From contig OY776510.1 in NCBI GenBank assembly GCA_963675665.1, positions 4,384,001 through 4,448,000 of the forward strand: 64,000 bases of DNA. The letters run 5' to 3'. The notes under the pieces are model-generated. The model was not told where the DNA came from, made no database searches, and was given only the letters and a program-made list of their open reading frames with translations. Within the stretch, counting starts at the first letter, position 1; each line of letters opens with the position of its first letter. This stretch comes from Spirochaetia bacterium (lineage in GTDB: Bacteria > Spirochaetota > Spirochaetia > UBA9216). Shown piece after piece: positions 10,447-21,939 of this stretch. The position numbers and the translations under genes are program-made.

Positions 10447-12522
10447 ATGCTTTCTCCCGTAATCAAAATAATTGAAGAAAAATGCAACAATTGTCATATG
10501 TGTATCTCAGTCTGTCCAGTAAAATTCTGCATTGACGGTTCAGGAGATAAAGTACGTGTAAACCATGATCTCTGTATCGGCTGTGCCAGCTGCATTGACG
10601 TATGCTCGCAGAATGCCCGTGAAAAAATTGATGATACATATGAAGCGTTTACTGCAATTAGAAAACGAGAGAAAGTTGTTGCTGTTGCTGCACCGGCATT
10701 TATCAGCAGCTTCGATGAAATGCACCGTAATGTGATAGGCTGGTTGAAAGAAAAAGGTGTTGATGCAGTATTTGATGTCAGCTTCGGAGCCGAACTTACA
10801 GTTAAAAGTTATCTTGAATTTATCAAAAAAAATAACCCGAGAATGGTTATCGCCCAACCCTGCCCTACAATCGTCAGTTACATTGAAATATATAAGCCCG
10901 AACTTCTTCCAATGCTTGCTCCGGCCGACAGTCCGATGCTTCATACTGTCAAAATGATAAAAACCTTTTATCCGGAATATAGAAATCACAAAGTAATAGT
11001 TATCTCACCATGTATTTCCAAGCGCAGGGAATTTGATGCCACAGGATACGCTGATTTTAATGTAACAATTGCCGAACTTACAAAAGTTCTTAAGAAAGAG
11101 AACGTCAACCTCGCATCGATCCGACCCCGGGATTTTGATAATCCTTCCCCGGAAAGGGCCGCTCTTTTTTCTTCACCAGGGGGACTGATGAAAACAGTTC
11201 TAAGAGAGAAACCGGAACTTGAAGACAGGATCAGGAAAATTGAAGGCCCTTCGGAAATTTATGATTACCTGGAAAATTTACCGAAATCACTCAAAAAAGG
11301 AACTAACCCGCTTATTGTCGATTGTCTTAACTGTTCAAAAGGCTGCAACGGCGGCCCGGGTACTTTAAACAGGGACACACCGATTGATGATCTTGAACAT
11401 ATTATAAGATCCAGAACTGACGAGTTGAAAAAAAAGTATAAATCAGGGCTGACAGGAAAAACCCTGACAGGTAAAATTGACGCTCTTCTTAAAAAGTACT
11501 GGAAGGAGGGTCTTTATAACCGAAGCTACAGTAACAAATCCGGCAATCTGAAAATCTCTATTCCTGATCAAAAACAACTCGGAATAATCTATAATGATCT
11601 GTTAAAAGAAAAAGAAGAAGATTTCCTGAACTGTGCCGCATGCGGTTACAATTCATGTGAAAAAATGGCTATTGCCATTTTTAATAATCTGAATAAAGCT
11701 GAAAATTGTCACCATTACAAAAACAGAATAATTCAAATTGATAAAGAGAAAATAAATTCGATAAACATTCAGCTTAAAAACAAAATTAACCACTGTGAAA
11801 ACCTTATTTCCGACATCTCAAATTCATTGACAATGGTAAACTCAAATATGGATGATCAGAGCAGTTCTCTCGGAACGTCCTCCACATCGGTTGAACAAAT
11901 GCTTAATTCTTTCAATTCCATCTCCGAAAACTTCTCTTCACAAAGTATAAGACTTGAAGAACTTATAACTAAAGCGCAAAACGGAGAACGGGAAATGAAA
12001 ATCAACTCTGAAGCAATCAGGAAAATTACTGATGATATCGGAAGTATTGGTAAAATGATTGTAATGATAGACGATATATCCCAGAGAACCAATCTTCTTT
12101 CAATGAATGCCGCAATTGAGGCCGCCCATGCAGGCAACACCGGCCGCGGATTTGCTGTGGTTGCATCAGAAATTAAAAAGCTGGCCCATAATACAGCTGA
12201 AAAAGCAAAAGAGGCTGAAACTTCTCTTAAAAAAATAATTAAAGAGACAAACACAACCGGCAGCAGTTATGAAAATACTTCTGAACTGATAATCGATATC
12301 ATCTCAAATATTCTTGAACTTACAAATGCAATGAGCAACCTGCTGGAGGATGTCAATCAGCTGACCATAGGCAGCTCGGAGATCATGAATTCGATTACAA
12401 CCCTTAAAACTGATAACCAGAAGGTTGTTGACTCCACATCTAAAATCGGAGGACACATCAATCAGCTTCACGGGAACATGTCGGAGCTGGTTGCCATTGC
12501 TGCCGGGCATGCGGATGACTGA
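10447..12522 (+). CDS. [FeFe]-hydrogenase-like sensor fused to a methyl-accepting chemotaxis signalling domain
   Basis: Two CxxCxxCxxxC ferredoxin motifs; H-cluster-like [28 protein letters not shown]; Fe-S motif CAACGYNSC; MCP hairpin [31 protein letters not shown]; no TM helix. Confidence 0.85.
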   Translation: MLSPVIKIIEEKCNNCHMCISVCPVKFCIDGSGDKVRVNHDLCIGCASCIDVCSQNAREKIDDTYEAFTAIRKREKVVAVAAPAFISSFDEMHRNVIGWLKEKGVDAVFDVSFGAELTVKSYLEFIKKNNPRMVIAQPCPTIVSYIEIYKPELLPMLAPADSPMLHTVKMIKTFYPEYRNHKVIVISPCISKRREFDATGYADFNVTIAELTKVLKKENVNLASIRPRDFDNPSPERAALFSSPGGLMKTVLREKPELEDRIRKIEGPSEIYDYLENLPKSLKKGTNPLIVDCLNCSKGCNGGPGTLNRDTPIDDLEHIIRSRTDELKKKYKSGLTGKTLTGKIDALLKKYWKEGLYNRSYSNKSGNLKISIPDQKQLGIIYNDLLKEKEEDFLNCAACGYNSCEKMAIAIFNNLNKAENCHHYKNRIIQIDKEKINSINIQLKNKINHCENLISDISNSLTMVNSNMDDQSSSLGTSSTSVEQMLNSFNSISENFSSQSIRLEELITKAQNGEREMKINSEAIRKITDDIGSIGKMIVMIDDISQRTNLLSMNAAIEAAHAGNTGRGFAVVASEIKKLAHNTAEKAKEAETSLKKIIKETNTTGSSYENTSELIIDIISNILELTNAMSNLLEDVNQLTIGSSEIMNSITTLKTDNQKVVDSTSKIGGHINQLHGNMSELVAIAAGHADD

Positions 12523-12530
12523 GAATTTGT

Positions 12531-13466
12531 TTAATAACCGGGGATTATATTTTTAGAACTGCTTTTTTCTCTTTGAAGCGCCAGTTTTAAATTCCCTTTT
12601 GCATTATTCATTATCTCTTTTGCTTCCTCCGCATCTACTTTTAATTTCCACATAATCAAAGCAAGGGCGGCATTATTGTCAGTTTTCTCAAGATATTCGG
12701 ATGCTTCCCGTTCCGTAATGCCGGTAGCGCTGATTAATGCTTTCTTTACCCGTTCAACCAATTTCGCATTGGAAATTTCCACGCAAATCATCAGGTTTTT
12801 ATAAACACGACCCAACTTGATCATTACCCCCATTGAAATCATATTTATAACCATTTTCTGTGCTGTTCCGGCTTTATAAACTGTTGCGCCGGCTAAAACC
12901 TCAGGCCCAACGATAACACATATGGTTTTATCGACAATCATGCTTAAAACTGATTCTTTATTGTTAACCAAAGCAATAGTCAAACAACCTGTTTTTTTAG
13001 CGTATTTAACACCGGACACAACATATGGAGTACTTCCGGATGATGATATACCGACAACAGCATCACGCGACGTCAGATTTAACTTTTTCAATTCCTTAAT
13101 AATCTCTTCGGTATCATCTTCAACTCCGGTTATTACACGATAAACGGCTTCAGGTCCGCCGGCCAGAACTCCCTGAACCATATCGTATGGAACGTTAAAA
13201 TACGGAGCTACCTCTGAAGCATCTACAACACCCAGGCGTCCGCTTGTTCCGCCACCGATATAAATCAACCTTCCGCCTTCATCAAACTTGTCAGTTATAC
13301 TGTCTATGGCAACAGCAATATTCTCAAGTTCATTCCCGATTGCTGCCGGTATTTTATAATCTTCCTTGTTTATCATCCTGACAATATCAATTGTTTTTGA
13401 ACTATCAATATCTTCAGTTTCAGGATTAATCGACTCGCTTAAATACTGTTCTATTTCAAAACTCAT
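12531..13466 (-). CDS. murQ: N-acetylmuramic acid 6-phosphate etherase-like (MurQ/SIS family)
   Basis: GGRLIYIGGGTSGRLGVVDASE, GISSSGSTPYV, GPEV, KAGTAQKMV.NM. Confidence 0.75.
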   Translation of the reverse strand: MSFEIEQYLSESINPETEDIDSSKTIDIVRMINKEDYKIPAAIGNELENIAVAIDSITDKFDEGGRLIYIGGGTSGRLGVVDASEVAPYFNVPYDMVQGVLAGGPEAVYRVITGVEDDTEEIIKELKKLNLTSRDAVVGISSSGSTPYVVSGVKYAKKTGCLTIALVNNKESVLSMIVDKTICVIVGPEVLAGATVYKAGTAQKMVINMISMGVMIKLGRVYKNLMICVEISNAKLVERVKKALISATGITEREASEYLEKTDNNAALALIMWKLKVDAEEAKEIMNNAKGNLKLALQREKSSSKNIIPGY

Positions 13467-13999
13467 ATTAATTCCTGCAAAGCTGATAACGGGAGGGCTC
13501 TATCCTTCAGCTCTTTAATAATCAACCCTGTTACCCATGAGGCAGCTGTTCCTACAACATCAGTACACTTGCTTTCATGTGCTCCATTGTTATTAAACTG
13601 CTCTTTTTCTTCGGGATTTAAAAGATTGTATGTTCTGCCGAATATTCTCTTATGTATATCTTTACAAATTACAGTATTGTATTTTTCAATAAATTTTTCA
13701 TGAAGCGATACAGCCATTCTGAATGCACACCTTTTTTCAAATTCATCATCATCAAAATAGTCCCTTCTCCTGCCGAAGAGCATGCTCATCAATATAATAC
13801 CACCTGAATAACCGCCGCATATACCGTCACATAAAAGACCGCAGCCTGCACCTAATCCGCAAGCAGATTTGAACACCAGATCATTTCTGATATTCAAGGT
13901 GTCCTGAACTGCAGCTACAGTGCACTGTGCACATCCTCTGAATTCTTTTTCATATTTGTACCCCAGAGTATATGCCTGCTCAATCAACTTATTCATCAT
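13463..13999 (-). CDS. C-GCAxxG-C-C family putative redox protein
   Basis: GCAQC, GICGGYSGG, VICKDI, KCTDVV. Confidence 0.75.
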   Translation of the reverse strand: MMNKLIEQAYTLGYKYEKEFRGCAQCTVAAVQDTLNIRNDLVFKSACGLGAGCGLLCDGICGGYSGGIILMSMLFGRRRDYFDDDEFEKRCAFRMAVSLHEKFIEKYNTVICKDIHKRIFGRTYNLLNPEEKEQFNNNGAHESKCTDVVGTAASWVTGLIIKELKDRALPLSALQELI

Positions 14000-14012
14000 C
14001 CCTGCTCCGCAA

Positions 14013-15050
14013 TTAAAATTTTAAAACGGTCCTGTAATTATCAGTTCCCATCGACTCCTTAAAAGCTTCTTCTATCTCATCAAAAGGGAATATCTTACTA
14101 ACCAGCGGAGAAGGATCAATAATTCCTTCTGAAAGCATATTTATCGCAATCTGAAAATCATGTGAATTTGAATTTGCCGAACCGGTTATGTTGACCATTT
14201 TTTTATGCAACCAGTTCGGATCAATCTGAATCGGTTCTTTTGGATATATTGAACTGTAGAATGATACAGTGCCAAGCGGCGCTGCCATTTCGATTGATTG
14301 CTTCGCAACCTCAAGTAAAGCGGTTGCATCAATTACCGCATCAGCACCTCTGCCGTCAGTCAAGTCCTTAATTTTCTCTACAGGGTTATCATTTCCCGGA
14401 TCAATCACAAAATCAGCACCCAAAGCTTCTGCAAAATCCCTTCTTCTTTTATCCGGTTCACTCACAACGACCCTCAGACCCTTTTTTTGAAGTATAAGAA
14501 GATGCAGGATGCCCATGGTTCCGGCCCCTATTATCAATACATTTTCCGCTTTTTCGAGATTTATTTTCTCTATACTGTGTATTACGCAAGATAAAGGCTC
14601 AGTAAATGCTCCGATTGCATCATCAATGTGATTCGAAGCTTTGAACAGATTCCCCGGAGAAACAGCAAGGTATTCGCTGAATCCTCCTGTTCCCGCATAA
14701 GGCAATCCGCCGACCTTTTTATTATAATTATGATTTGAACAAATTCCATGCTCTCCGATCCTGCAGTAATGACAATTACCGCACATTGATAATAGACCGA
14801 TAGCGACTTTATCCCCTATCCGCCATTCTTTCCCATCGATATTGCTTCCGATTTGTTCTATTACGCCGAACATCTCATGACCGCCGACAAACGGGAATTC
14901 AACTTTATTGATACCGCTGAATGCACGCTGATCCCAGGTACAAATCGCACAGGCTTTTAATTTAATTAATATCTCATTACCCCGGGGGACAGGCCTCTTC
15001 AGAGATACAATTTCTATTTTATTTATATCCGATAGCAATGCAACTTTCAT
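14013..15050 (-). CDS. Zinc-dependent alcohol/polyol dehydrogenase
   Basis: C..D, GHE, CGNCHYC...C, GAGTMG. Confidence 0.87.
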   Translation of the reverse strand: MKVALLSDINKIEIVSLKRPVPRGNEILIKLKACAICTWDQRAFSGINKVEFPFVGGHEMFGVIEQIGSNIDGKEWRIGDKVAIGLLSMCGNCHYCRIGEHGICSNHNYNKKVGGLPYAGTGGFSEYLAVSPGNLFKASNHIDDAIGAFTEPLSCVIHSIEKINLEKAENVLIIGAGTMGILHLLILQKKGLRVVVSEPDKRRRDFAEALGADFVIDPGNDNPVEKIKDLTDGRGADAVIDATALLEVAKQSIEMAAPLGTVSFYSSIYPKEPIQIDPNWLHKKMVNITGSANSNSHDFQIAINMLSEGIIDPSPLVSKIFPFDEIEEAFKESMGTDNYRTVLKF

Positions 15051-15053
15051 TTT

Positions 15054-15842
15054 TTATATAATCTTTAAAGCTGATTCAACGCTATAGTCTTCATGTATTA
15101 TCTTTGAAATGGCCAAACACAGAGTTTCAATTGATTCGTGCCGCCAGATATTTCTGCCGATTGTAACACCTGCAGCTCCGGCATCCATGGCATTTTTCAC
15201 CATTGTTAACAATTCTTTATCTTCTCTTGAACTGCCGCCGCCGAGTACCAATACCGGTTTATAACAGTTTTCAATAACTTCTTTGAACGATTCGGCATCA
15301 CCGGCAAAGGGAGATTTTATAAAATCAGCACCATATTCAGCACCAAGCCGGTTTGCAAAAGAAATATTCTCAAGTGTTTTCAAATCATCATTAATAAAGC
15401 CTCCGGGTACCATTTCGGCACCAAAAACAAGCCCCCACTTCTTGCAGTCCGATGCAAGTCTCGATAGATTTTCGATCATTCTATCTTCGCGTTGGAGTCC
15501 AGGGAACCCCATACACATAACACCGTCTGCTCCAACTTTAACGGCATCTTCAACAGAAAAAGTTAATGTCACATCATCCATTATTTTCCCGCCTGGATGC
15601 AATATACCTGTTCCGCCGTCAAGTCGCAGAATAAGCCCGGCGTTGCCTATTTCTTTCTGAAAATTCCCGGCAACCCCGAATGTTGTGAGGATAGCATCAA
15701 CACCACCCTTTATTGATTTCCGAATAACCTCTGCGGGATTTTTCAAACCGCAATCAGACACTTCCATCAGCATCGCATGGTCCATTGCCAGCACAAAAGC
15801 CCTGTTGTCTTCCTTAAAAATATTGTTCCATCTTCGTTTCAT
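15054..15842 (-). CDS. Class I aldolase, DhnA/LsrF-like
   Basis: LAMDH, AEYGADFIK (Schiff-base Lys), VLGG, GRNIW. Confidence 0.85.
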   Translation of the reverse strand: MKRRWNNIFKEDNRAFVLAMDHAMLMEVSDCGLKNPAEVIRKSIKGGVDAILTTFGVAGNFQKEIGNAGLILRLDGGTGILHPGGKIMDDVTLTFSVEDAVKVGADGVMCMGFPGLQREDRMIENLSRLASDCKKWGLVFGAEMVPGGFINDDLKTLENISFANRLGAEYGADFIKSPFAGDAESFKEVIENCYKPVLVLGGGSSREDKELLTMVKNAMDAGAAGVTIGRNIWRHESIETLCLAISKIIHEDYSVESALKII

Positions 15843-15875
15843 TATTAACCTCGGAATCTTTCCAATTGCAAAATA

Positions 15876-15919
15876 ATACTCCGGTTAAAAACAGACTACG
15901 TGATAATTAACCGGAGTAT
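15876..15919 (-). terminator. Intergenic stem-loop after the substrate-binding protein gene (mRNA stabiliser or partial terminator)
   Basis: 13-bp inverted repeat ATACTCCGGTTAA / TTAACCGGAGTAT. Confidence 0.5.
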
Positions 15920-15930
15920 CTCATTAATGT

Positions 15931-17016
15931 TTATTCAAATATCGACTCGGGATCCGCTCCCTTGGGGGGAACGTTTGTTTCATCAATCCATTTATGAGGA
16001 ACATAAATTACCCGACTTTCAGGAACTACAGAAGCAACAGCCTTACCCTGCACTACAATATCATCGATAAGATCAGCTGTTCTGGTTGCCCAACCGCCAA
16101 AGTTTTGAGCTACAACACCACCAAACGGTTCACCGTTTCTAATCATATCGTACGCCTGAGAGGTTCCGTCAATTGTCATTGTAAACATATCATCTTTTGT
16201 ATAACCGGCATCGGAAGCTGCTTTTGCAACACTCCAGCCTATTCCGTCCCATGTTCCGAATACTGCGTCAATATCGTTGCCGTATTTAGTCAGCCATGCT
16301 GCCATAACATCATAGGAACCGGTCTCCCAGTTTGCAACAGTTACGGCTTCTGTATCCAGAATCTTTATTCCGGGATTATCTTCACTTTCAAATACAGCTC
16401 TGGCGGTATCTGCCCTGTATCTGTGAACATAAAGTGTAGGCATGTCAATTATACAGACATTTCCCTGTCCATGAAGCTTGTTTACTATCTGAGAGGCTAC
16501 TTCAGCTCCCATTGCCCAGCAGTTACTTGTAACATTAACAACAACAGCACCATCATCATCAATGCCGGTATCTATACAGAAAACCGGTATCCCTTCTGAT
16601 TTTGCTGCGTCAAGACCTTCCTGAATCGGTGTTATCTCTGCACAGGTAATTACGATTACATCAACTTTCTGTCCGACATAATTCATAACGCCTTCACTTA
16701 CTTTTACGATATCACCGGCAGCATCGGTCATATAAACCTTCCAGCCTTTTTCCTTTGCTTCTTTTTCAAATGCAGCGAACGCCCTCGAATTGGAATCAGC
16801 GGCTAAAGTCATTGTTACATAGCCGATATTCAGTTCTTTTGTTAATCTATCTGCGGTATTTGCGGTATCACTCGCTTCAGCCGATTTAACTTCGGGTTCT
16901 GCCGCTGCAGCCTCTTCCTTTGCACATCCGGCAAAAGCAAAAATTGCGATTGTTGCTACCAAAATCAGCAACACAAATTTACCCGTTATTTTTCTCTCCA
17001 TTTTTTTCTCCTTCAA
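15931..17016 (-). CDS. Sugar ABC transporter substrate-binding lipoprotein (RbsB-like)
   Basis: Signal peptide with lipobox FAGC; periplasmic binding protein type I motifs GIPVFCID, IDAVF, TIDG, VAQN. Confidence 0.85.
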   Translation of the reverse strand: MKEKKMERKITGKFVLLILVATIAIFAFAGCAKEEAAAAEPEVKSAEASDTANTADRLTKELNIGYVTMTLAADSNSRAFAAFEKEAKEKGWKVYMTDAAGDIVKVSEGVMNYVGQKVDVIVITCAEITPIQEGLDAAKSEGIPVFCIDTGIDDDGAVVVNVTSNCWAMGAEVASQIVNKLHGQGNVCIIDMPTLYVHRYRADTARAVFESEDNPGIKILDTEAVTVANWETGSYDVMAAWLTKYGNDIDAVFGTWDGIGWSVAKAASDAGYTKDDMFTMTIDGTSQAYDMIRNGEPFGGVVAQNFGGWATRTADLIDDIVVQGKAVASVVPESRVIYVPHKWIDETNVPPKGADPESIFE

Positions 17017-17108
17017 AAACTTTTCTTAGAAAAGACACTAATCACTAATTTTTAATACATCTTCTTCTTCCGATAACTGCCTCCTTTTATCTTTTTTACC
17101 GCCGTCGG

Positions 17109-18107
17109 CTACAATAAGGGAGGTCCGCCAATTTTCTTTTTGCCCGCCCCTGTTATACTTGCTATTGCAACGATAATGACAACACCGTGAACAATATATT
17201 TAAAATAAAATGGTACATTCAGCATTATCAGCCCGTTTTCAATAACCGCAATAAGTAATGTTGCAACAACAGTACCTGCAATATTTACACTTCCCGGCCT
17301 TAGAAAAACTGTGCCTAAAAAAACAACCGGAATAACGGACATAAGATAGCCTTCTCCGGCATCAGGAGGAGCAGAAGTTAGTTTTGAAGAAAGAATAATA
17401 GCAGCTACTGCCGAACCAAAACTACTTGCAGTAATTCCCAGCACCCTGTATAAATTTACATTTATTCCTGAAAATCTCGCAGCCTCAGCATTACCGCCTA
17501 CCGAATAGAGATACCTTCCTGCTTTTGTGTGCTCAGTGATTATAAATGTAATAACAGCAAAGACAATAAATATTAGTGCACAAATCGGAAGAGAATTAAA
17601 ACAGATATTATGCCTGCCAATAATCGTAAGAACTTCAGGAAAATCACCATAAACTGTTTTCCCTCGTGTTATCCAGTAGATTATTCCTTTCGCTATAGTC
17701 ATGGTGGACAAAGTTGCTATGAATGCATGAATACCTATCTTAACGATCAAAAAACTGTTAAAAAGTCCCCAGATAATCCCAATTGTCAGGGCTAAAACAA
17801 AAACCGGTAAAATATGCCAACCATTAATAATTAAAACCATATTTATTACATTTAATAATCCGGCAAGAGTAGCAAAAGACAAATCAAAATCTCCGACCAT
17901 TAATGCAAATGTAACGCCCAGAGCCATTACACCAATTATACTTGCCTGACGTAAAATATTTGTAATATTCTGTAATGTAAAAAATCTGTTTGCGCTTATT
18001 GCAAAGATTATTATGAGGATCACTAATCCAAACAACAAACCCCATTTCCTCAGCATCTTTGAGAAATTTATATTTTTAGTTTTGCTCAACACCTGGTCAT
18101 TTGCCAT
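17109..18107 (-). CDS. Sugar ABC transporter permease (RbsC-like)
   Basis: DFDLS, FIATL, GRYLYSVGGNAEAARFSGINV. Confidence 0.9.
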   Translation of the reverse strand: MANDQVLSKTKNINFSKMLRKWGLLFGLVILIIIFAISANRFFTLQNITNILRQASIIGVMALGVTFALMVGDFDLSFATLAGLLNVINMVLIINGWHILPVFVLALTIGIIWGLFNSFLIVKIGIHAFIATLSTMTIAKGIIYWITRGKTVYGDFPEVLTIIGRHNICFNSLPICALIFIVFAVITFIITEHTKAGRYLYSVGGNAEAARFSGINVNLYRVLGITASSFGSAVAAIILSSKLTSAPPDAGEGYLMSVIPVVFLGTVFLRPGSVNIAGTVVATLLIAVIENGLIMLNVPFYFKYIVHGVVIIVAIASITGAGKKKIGGPPLL

Positions 18108-18121
18108 ACAGCCTCCTGCTT

Positions 18122-19612
18122 CTAAAGAACATTCTCCAATATATTTTTTTGATTGATATCATTTCCGATTAATTCAGAACTGACTGCATTTTCCCTCATT
18201 GTATAAATCCTGTCCGCCATACCTATGATCTCAAGGATATCTGAAGAAACCAAAAGAACAGCTTTACCCTGTCCGACTAATTCTCGCAAAATTAAATAGA
18301 CCTCTCTTTTAGTGCCTACATCAACGCCTACCGTAGGATCATCAAGAATCAACAGATCACAATTTTTTAAAAGCCATTTGGCAATTACTACTTTTTGTTG
18401 ATTGCCTCCACTTAAAGAATGTATTGCCTGATTTATATTTGAATAAACAATATTAAAATCTGTTAAACCTTTTTCAACAATATTTCTTTCTTTCAATTTG
18501 TTTATTATAAAACCGGGAAGCATATCTGAAAGATGAGAGACCATTATATTTTCCCGAAGAGAGAAATCTGAAAAAAGACCTTTTGTGTCCCGGTCTTCCG
18601 GCACGAGATAAACATTGTTTCTTATCAGATCAGCTGTCTTTATCTTTTTTATTAATTGATTATTTAGATACATTTCACCGCCGGAAATCTCTCTGATTCC
18701 AAAAATTGATTCAACCAGCTCGGTCATACCTGCACCGCTTAATCCATACAGACCGACAATCTCTCCGGCATTAACCTTCAAATTAATATCTCTGATCTCT
18801 TCCGATTGAAAGTGTTTTAATTCCAGTACACAATCACCTTTTTCCCCTTCTTTCGGAGGATAGAATTCAGAAAGATTTCTGTTAATAATCATAAAAATTA
18901 TCTTGTCTTTATCAAAATCATCTTTATCAACCGTTCCGACTTTCCTGCCGTTTCGTAAAACGACAATCCTTGTACAAAGCTCAAAAACTTCCTCCATTCT
19001 GTGTGATATGAAAATTACACTTAGGTTTTTATCACTATTTAGAGTCTTGATAATTTTCATTAGTTGTTCACTTTCATCTTTGGTCAGACTTGCAGTAGGT
19101 TCATCCAGAATCAGGACATCAGGCTCAAAAGAGAGGACTTTTAATATTTCAGTGATTTCTCTTTGTCCTGCGGACATTTCAGAAACCTTCAGGTTTAAAT
19201 CAAAATTCAGGTTAACAGGATATTTTTTTAATAATTCTTCAGCCTTTTTATTCAATAAGGCGTCATTGACAAAACATTTTACTGTGAATTCTTTCCCTAA
19301 AAAAATATTTTCCGCAGCAGTCAGTTCCGGAACAAGATTAGGACGCTGATGGACAAGACCGACACCATTAATCATTGCCTGATAAGGATTATCCCAATTT
19401 ACTTCTTTATTTCTGTATATTATATGCCCCGTATCCTTTTGATGTTCACCAACAAGAACTTTTAATAACGTTGATTTACCTGCCCCGTTTTCTCCAACGA
19501 TTCCGAGAATATCTCCTTCAATTAATTCAATAGAAATTTCGTTTAATGCATGTACGCCCTCAAAGAATTTATGTATTCCTTCACCTTTTAAAATTACATC
19601 ACCGTTTTTCAC
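18122..19612 (-). CDS. Sugar ABC transporter ATPase (RbsA-like, two ABC domains)
   Basis: GENGAGKSTL, LDEPTASL, VPEDR, LSGGNQQKV, DDPTVGVDVG. Confidence 0.9.
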   Translation of the reverse strand: MKNGDVILKGEGIHKFFEGVHALNEISIELIEGDILGIVGENGAGKSTLLKVLVGEHQKDTGHIIYRNKEVNWDNPYQAMINGVGLVHQRPNLVPELTAAENIFLGKEFTVKCFVNDALLNKKAEELLKKYPVNLNFDLNLKVSEMSAGQREITEILKVLSFEPDVLILDEPTASLTKDESEQLMKIIKTLNSDKNLSVIFISHRMEEVFELCTRIVVLRNGRKVGTVDKDDFDKDKIIFMIINRNLSEFYPPKEGEKGDCVLELKHFQSEEIRDINLKVNAGEIVGLYGLSGAGMTELVESIFGIREISGGEMYLNNQLIKKIKTADLIRNNVYLVPEDRDTKGLFSDFSLRENIMVSHLSDMLPGFIINKLKERNIVEKGLTDFNIVYSNINQAIHSLSGGNQQKVVIAKWLLKNCDLLILDDPTVGVDVGTKREVYLILRELVGQGKAVLLVSSDILEIIGMADRIYTMRENAVSSELIGNDINQKNILENVL

Positions 19613-19629
19613 ACTGCTCCTCCGTTTTA

Positions 19630-20376
19630 TTAATCCATTAATACTCCGCCGTTTACATCGAGGATTTCTCCGGTAACATAGCTTGACTCATCTGAAGAGA
19701 GAAAAAGTATTGCATTCGCCAGTTCTTCAGGCCTTGCCGGTCTTCCCATGGGAATCCCTTTAATTGCATTATCTATCTTTTCCTGAGGAAGACTTCGGAA
19801 CATATTTGTATCGCAAAAAGCCGGAATCACAGCATTGACATTAATACCCATTGGAGCCGAATATTTAGCCAGACATTTTGTAATTGAAAGAACTCCCGCT
19901 TTCGATGCCGCATAATTAATACCTGAAGTGACACCTCCCCTTTTTGCAGCCAGAGATGAAACATTGACAATTTTTCCATATCCGTTCTTTATCATCGTTT
20001 CCAGTACCGCTTTACACAGGAAGAAAGTTCCCTTCAAATTAATATCCATAACGACATCCCATTCTTCTTCAGTCATTTCAAAAATGGGAACAGTCGAGAA
20101 TCTTCCGGCATTATTAACCAGAACATCTATTCTTCCGAATTCCGTAATTATTTTTTCAGTGAAATTTTCAATTTCCTGTAAATCAGAAAGATCAAGCTTA
20201 ACCGAAAAACCTTTTTGCCCCAGATCATTAATTTTATAAACAGTTTCATTTAAACCGTTAATATCAATATCTGCAGCGATGACGGTTCCCCCATGAGAAG
20301 CCAGTTTTATTGCGGTAGCTTTTCCTATTCCGGTAGCTGCTCCTGTAACAACACAAATCTTATTCTTTAGTCGCAT
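19630..20376 (-). CDS. SDR family oxidoreductase
   Basis: TGAATGIG, NNAG, YAASK. Confidence 0.9.
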   Translation of the reverse strand: MRLKNKICVVTGAATGIGKATAIKLASHGGTVIAADIDINGLNETVYKINDLGQKGFSVKLDLSDLQEIENFTEKIITEFGRIDVLVNNAGRFSTVPIFEMTEEEWDVVMDINLKGTFFLCKAVLETMIKNGYGKIVNVSSLAAKRGGVTSGINYAASKAGVLSITKCLAKYSAPMGINVNAVIPAFCDTNMFRSLPQEKIDNAIKGIPMGRPARPEELANAILFLSSDESSYVTGEILDVNGGVLMD

Positions 20377-20378
20377 AA

Positions 20379-21929
20379 TTACCCTCTTGGCGATGCATTC
20401 ATTTCGCTCCTAATAGTCAGTTCTTTTGATACATCTTTAAGTTTTTCATATGTCTTCACATACTGATCAATATAAAAACAATATTCATCAGTATTATTAA
20501 GATTCGGTTCTATTATTTTTCTTACTCTTACCATTGATTCGGCGGCTTCATTTATTGTTTTGTAAATGCCGGCAGCTTTAGTCGCAAGAATAGCACTTCC
20601 AAGAGAAACAGCCTGACTTTCTTCCGGAACCGATATCGGTTTTCCGGTTACATCAGAATGAATTTGAAGCCAAAGATCACTGTTTGCAACTCCTCCGCAT
20701 ACAACCAGTTCATTTACGGATATACCCTGCTTTTCCATCCTCGACAGAATTACCGCAGTACCGTATGTTACGCCTTCCATAATTGCCCTGTAGATGTGCG
20801 CCGGCGTATGACTCAAAGTCAACCCCCGGATAACACCTCTTGATTGCGGGTCAACCCATGGCGTTCTGTTTCCCTGCCAGTGTTCAAGAACCAGAAGGCC
20901 TTCCGATCCAAGCGGAATTTTCTCCGCCAGTTCATTCATTTCAGAATAGGTTCCACTGCCGGTTTCCACAGTTTTTTTGGAATTAAGAAAATTATCCTTA
21001 TACCATTTCAGAACTGACCCTGTAGAAACCTGCCCTGCTTCAGCAACCTGAAATCCTTCCAGCACAGCATCGGGAAAAGTTCCGTTTATTCCCGGTGCAT
21101 GAAATTCCTTGTCGACAAGGCTGATAAGTAAATGTGAAGATCCGGTAATTAAAGCCATCTTTCCAGGAATCAAAGCATTAACACCAACAACTCCGATATA
21201 TGCATCCGCTCCTCCTGCAGCAACCGGAATCCCTTTTTTTAGACCAGTTTTTTCAGCAATCTTTCCAGTTAATACACCCGCGGTATCGCCAGGACGCACA
21301 ATCCTTTTAGGTATTTTATCCAGAAAATCTGCAAGCCCCAGTTTGCCGTACAGATCTTCAGGAAATCCGTCGCCCTTTGAATTATAAAACCATCTGACTG
21401 TGATTGAATTCAGGTTAAGTGTCAGTTCCCCTGTGAGCATATAAGTAAGCCAGTCGGTTTGATCAAGAAAATATTTTGTTTTATTATATACCTCGGGCCT
21501 GTTCCTCTTTAGCCAGAGAACCTTGCATGGAAACCACTCCGGCGAAACCTTCCCATATCCGACAACCTTAAGCGACGCATCATCAACATTCGAGATTTCT
21601 TCGGCTTCATGAACTGCCCGCAAATCCATCCACATAATTGCATTTTCAACAGGATTTAAATCTTCACCCAGCATGACAACAGTTGGCGATGTTGCATCAA
21701 CACCAATTGCGGAAATATCAGCAGGATTCACACAGCTGCTTGAAATTGAAGCTCTAACAGCTTCTACCAGAGAGTTCTCCCATTGATGAACAGATTGCTC
21801 CGCCCAGCCGGAACGCGGGTATTGTGTTTTATTCTCGCTGACGCCGAACCCGAGGGTACAACCATTTTCATCAAAAACGGCAGACCTGATGCTTTCAGTT
21901 CCGATATCAATGCCTATCACATAACTCAT
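20379..21929 (-). CDS. FGGY-family carbohydrate kinase (ribulokinase-like)
   Basis: GIDIGTES, WAEQ, WMDLRA, GSS, WQGNRTP, CGG. Confidence 0.88.
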   Translation of the reverse strand: MSYVIGIDIGTESIRSAVFDENGCTLGFGVSENKTQYPRSGWAEQSVHQWENSLVEAVRASISSSCVNPADISAIGVDATSPTVVMLGEDLNPVENAIMWMDLRAVHEAEEISNVDDASLKVVGYGKVSPEWFPCKVLWLKRNRPEVYNKTKYFLDQTDWLTYMLTGELTLNLNSITVRWFYNSKGDGFPEDLYGKLGLADFLDKIPKRIVRPGDTAGVLTGKIAEKTGLKKGIPVAAGGADAYIGVVGVNALIPGKMALITGSSHLLISLVDKEFHAPGINGTFPDAVLEGFQVAEAGQVSTGSVLKWYKDNFLNSKKTVETGSGTYSEMNELAEKIPLGSEGLLVLEHWQGNRTPWVDPQSRGVIRGLTLSHTPAHIYRAIMEGVTYGTAVILSRMEKQGISVNELVVCGGVANSDLWLQIHSDVTGKPISVPEESQAVSLGSAILATKAAGIYKTINEAAESMVRVRKIIEPNLNNTDEYCFYIDQYVKTYEKLKDVSKELTIRSEMNASPRG

Positions 21930-21939
21930 AATATTCCCA

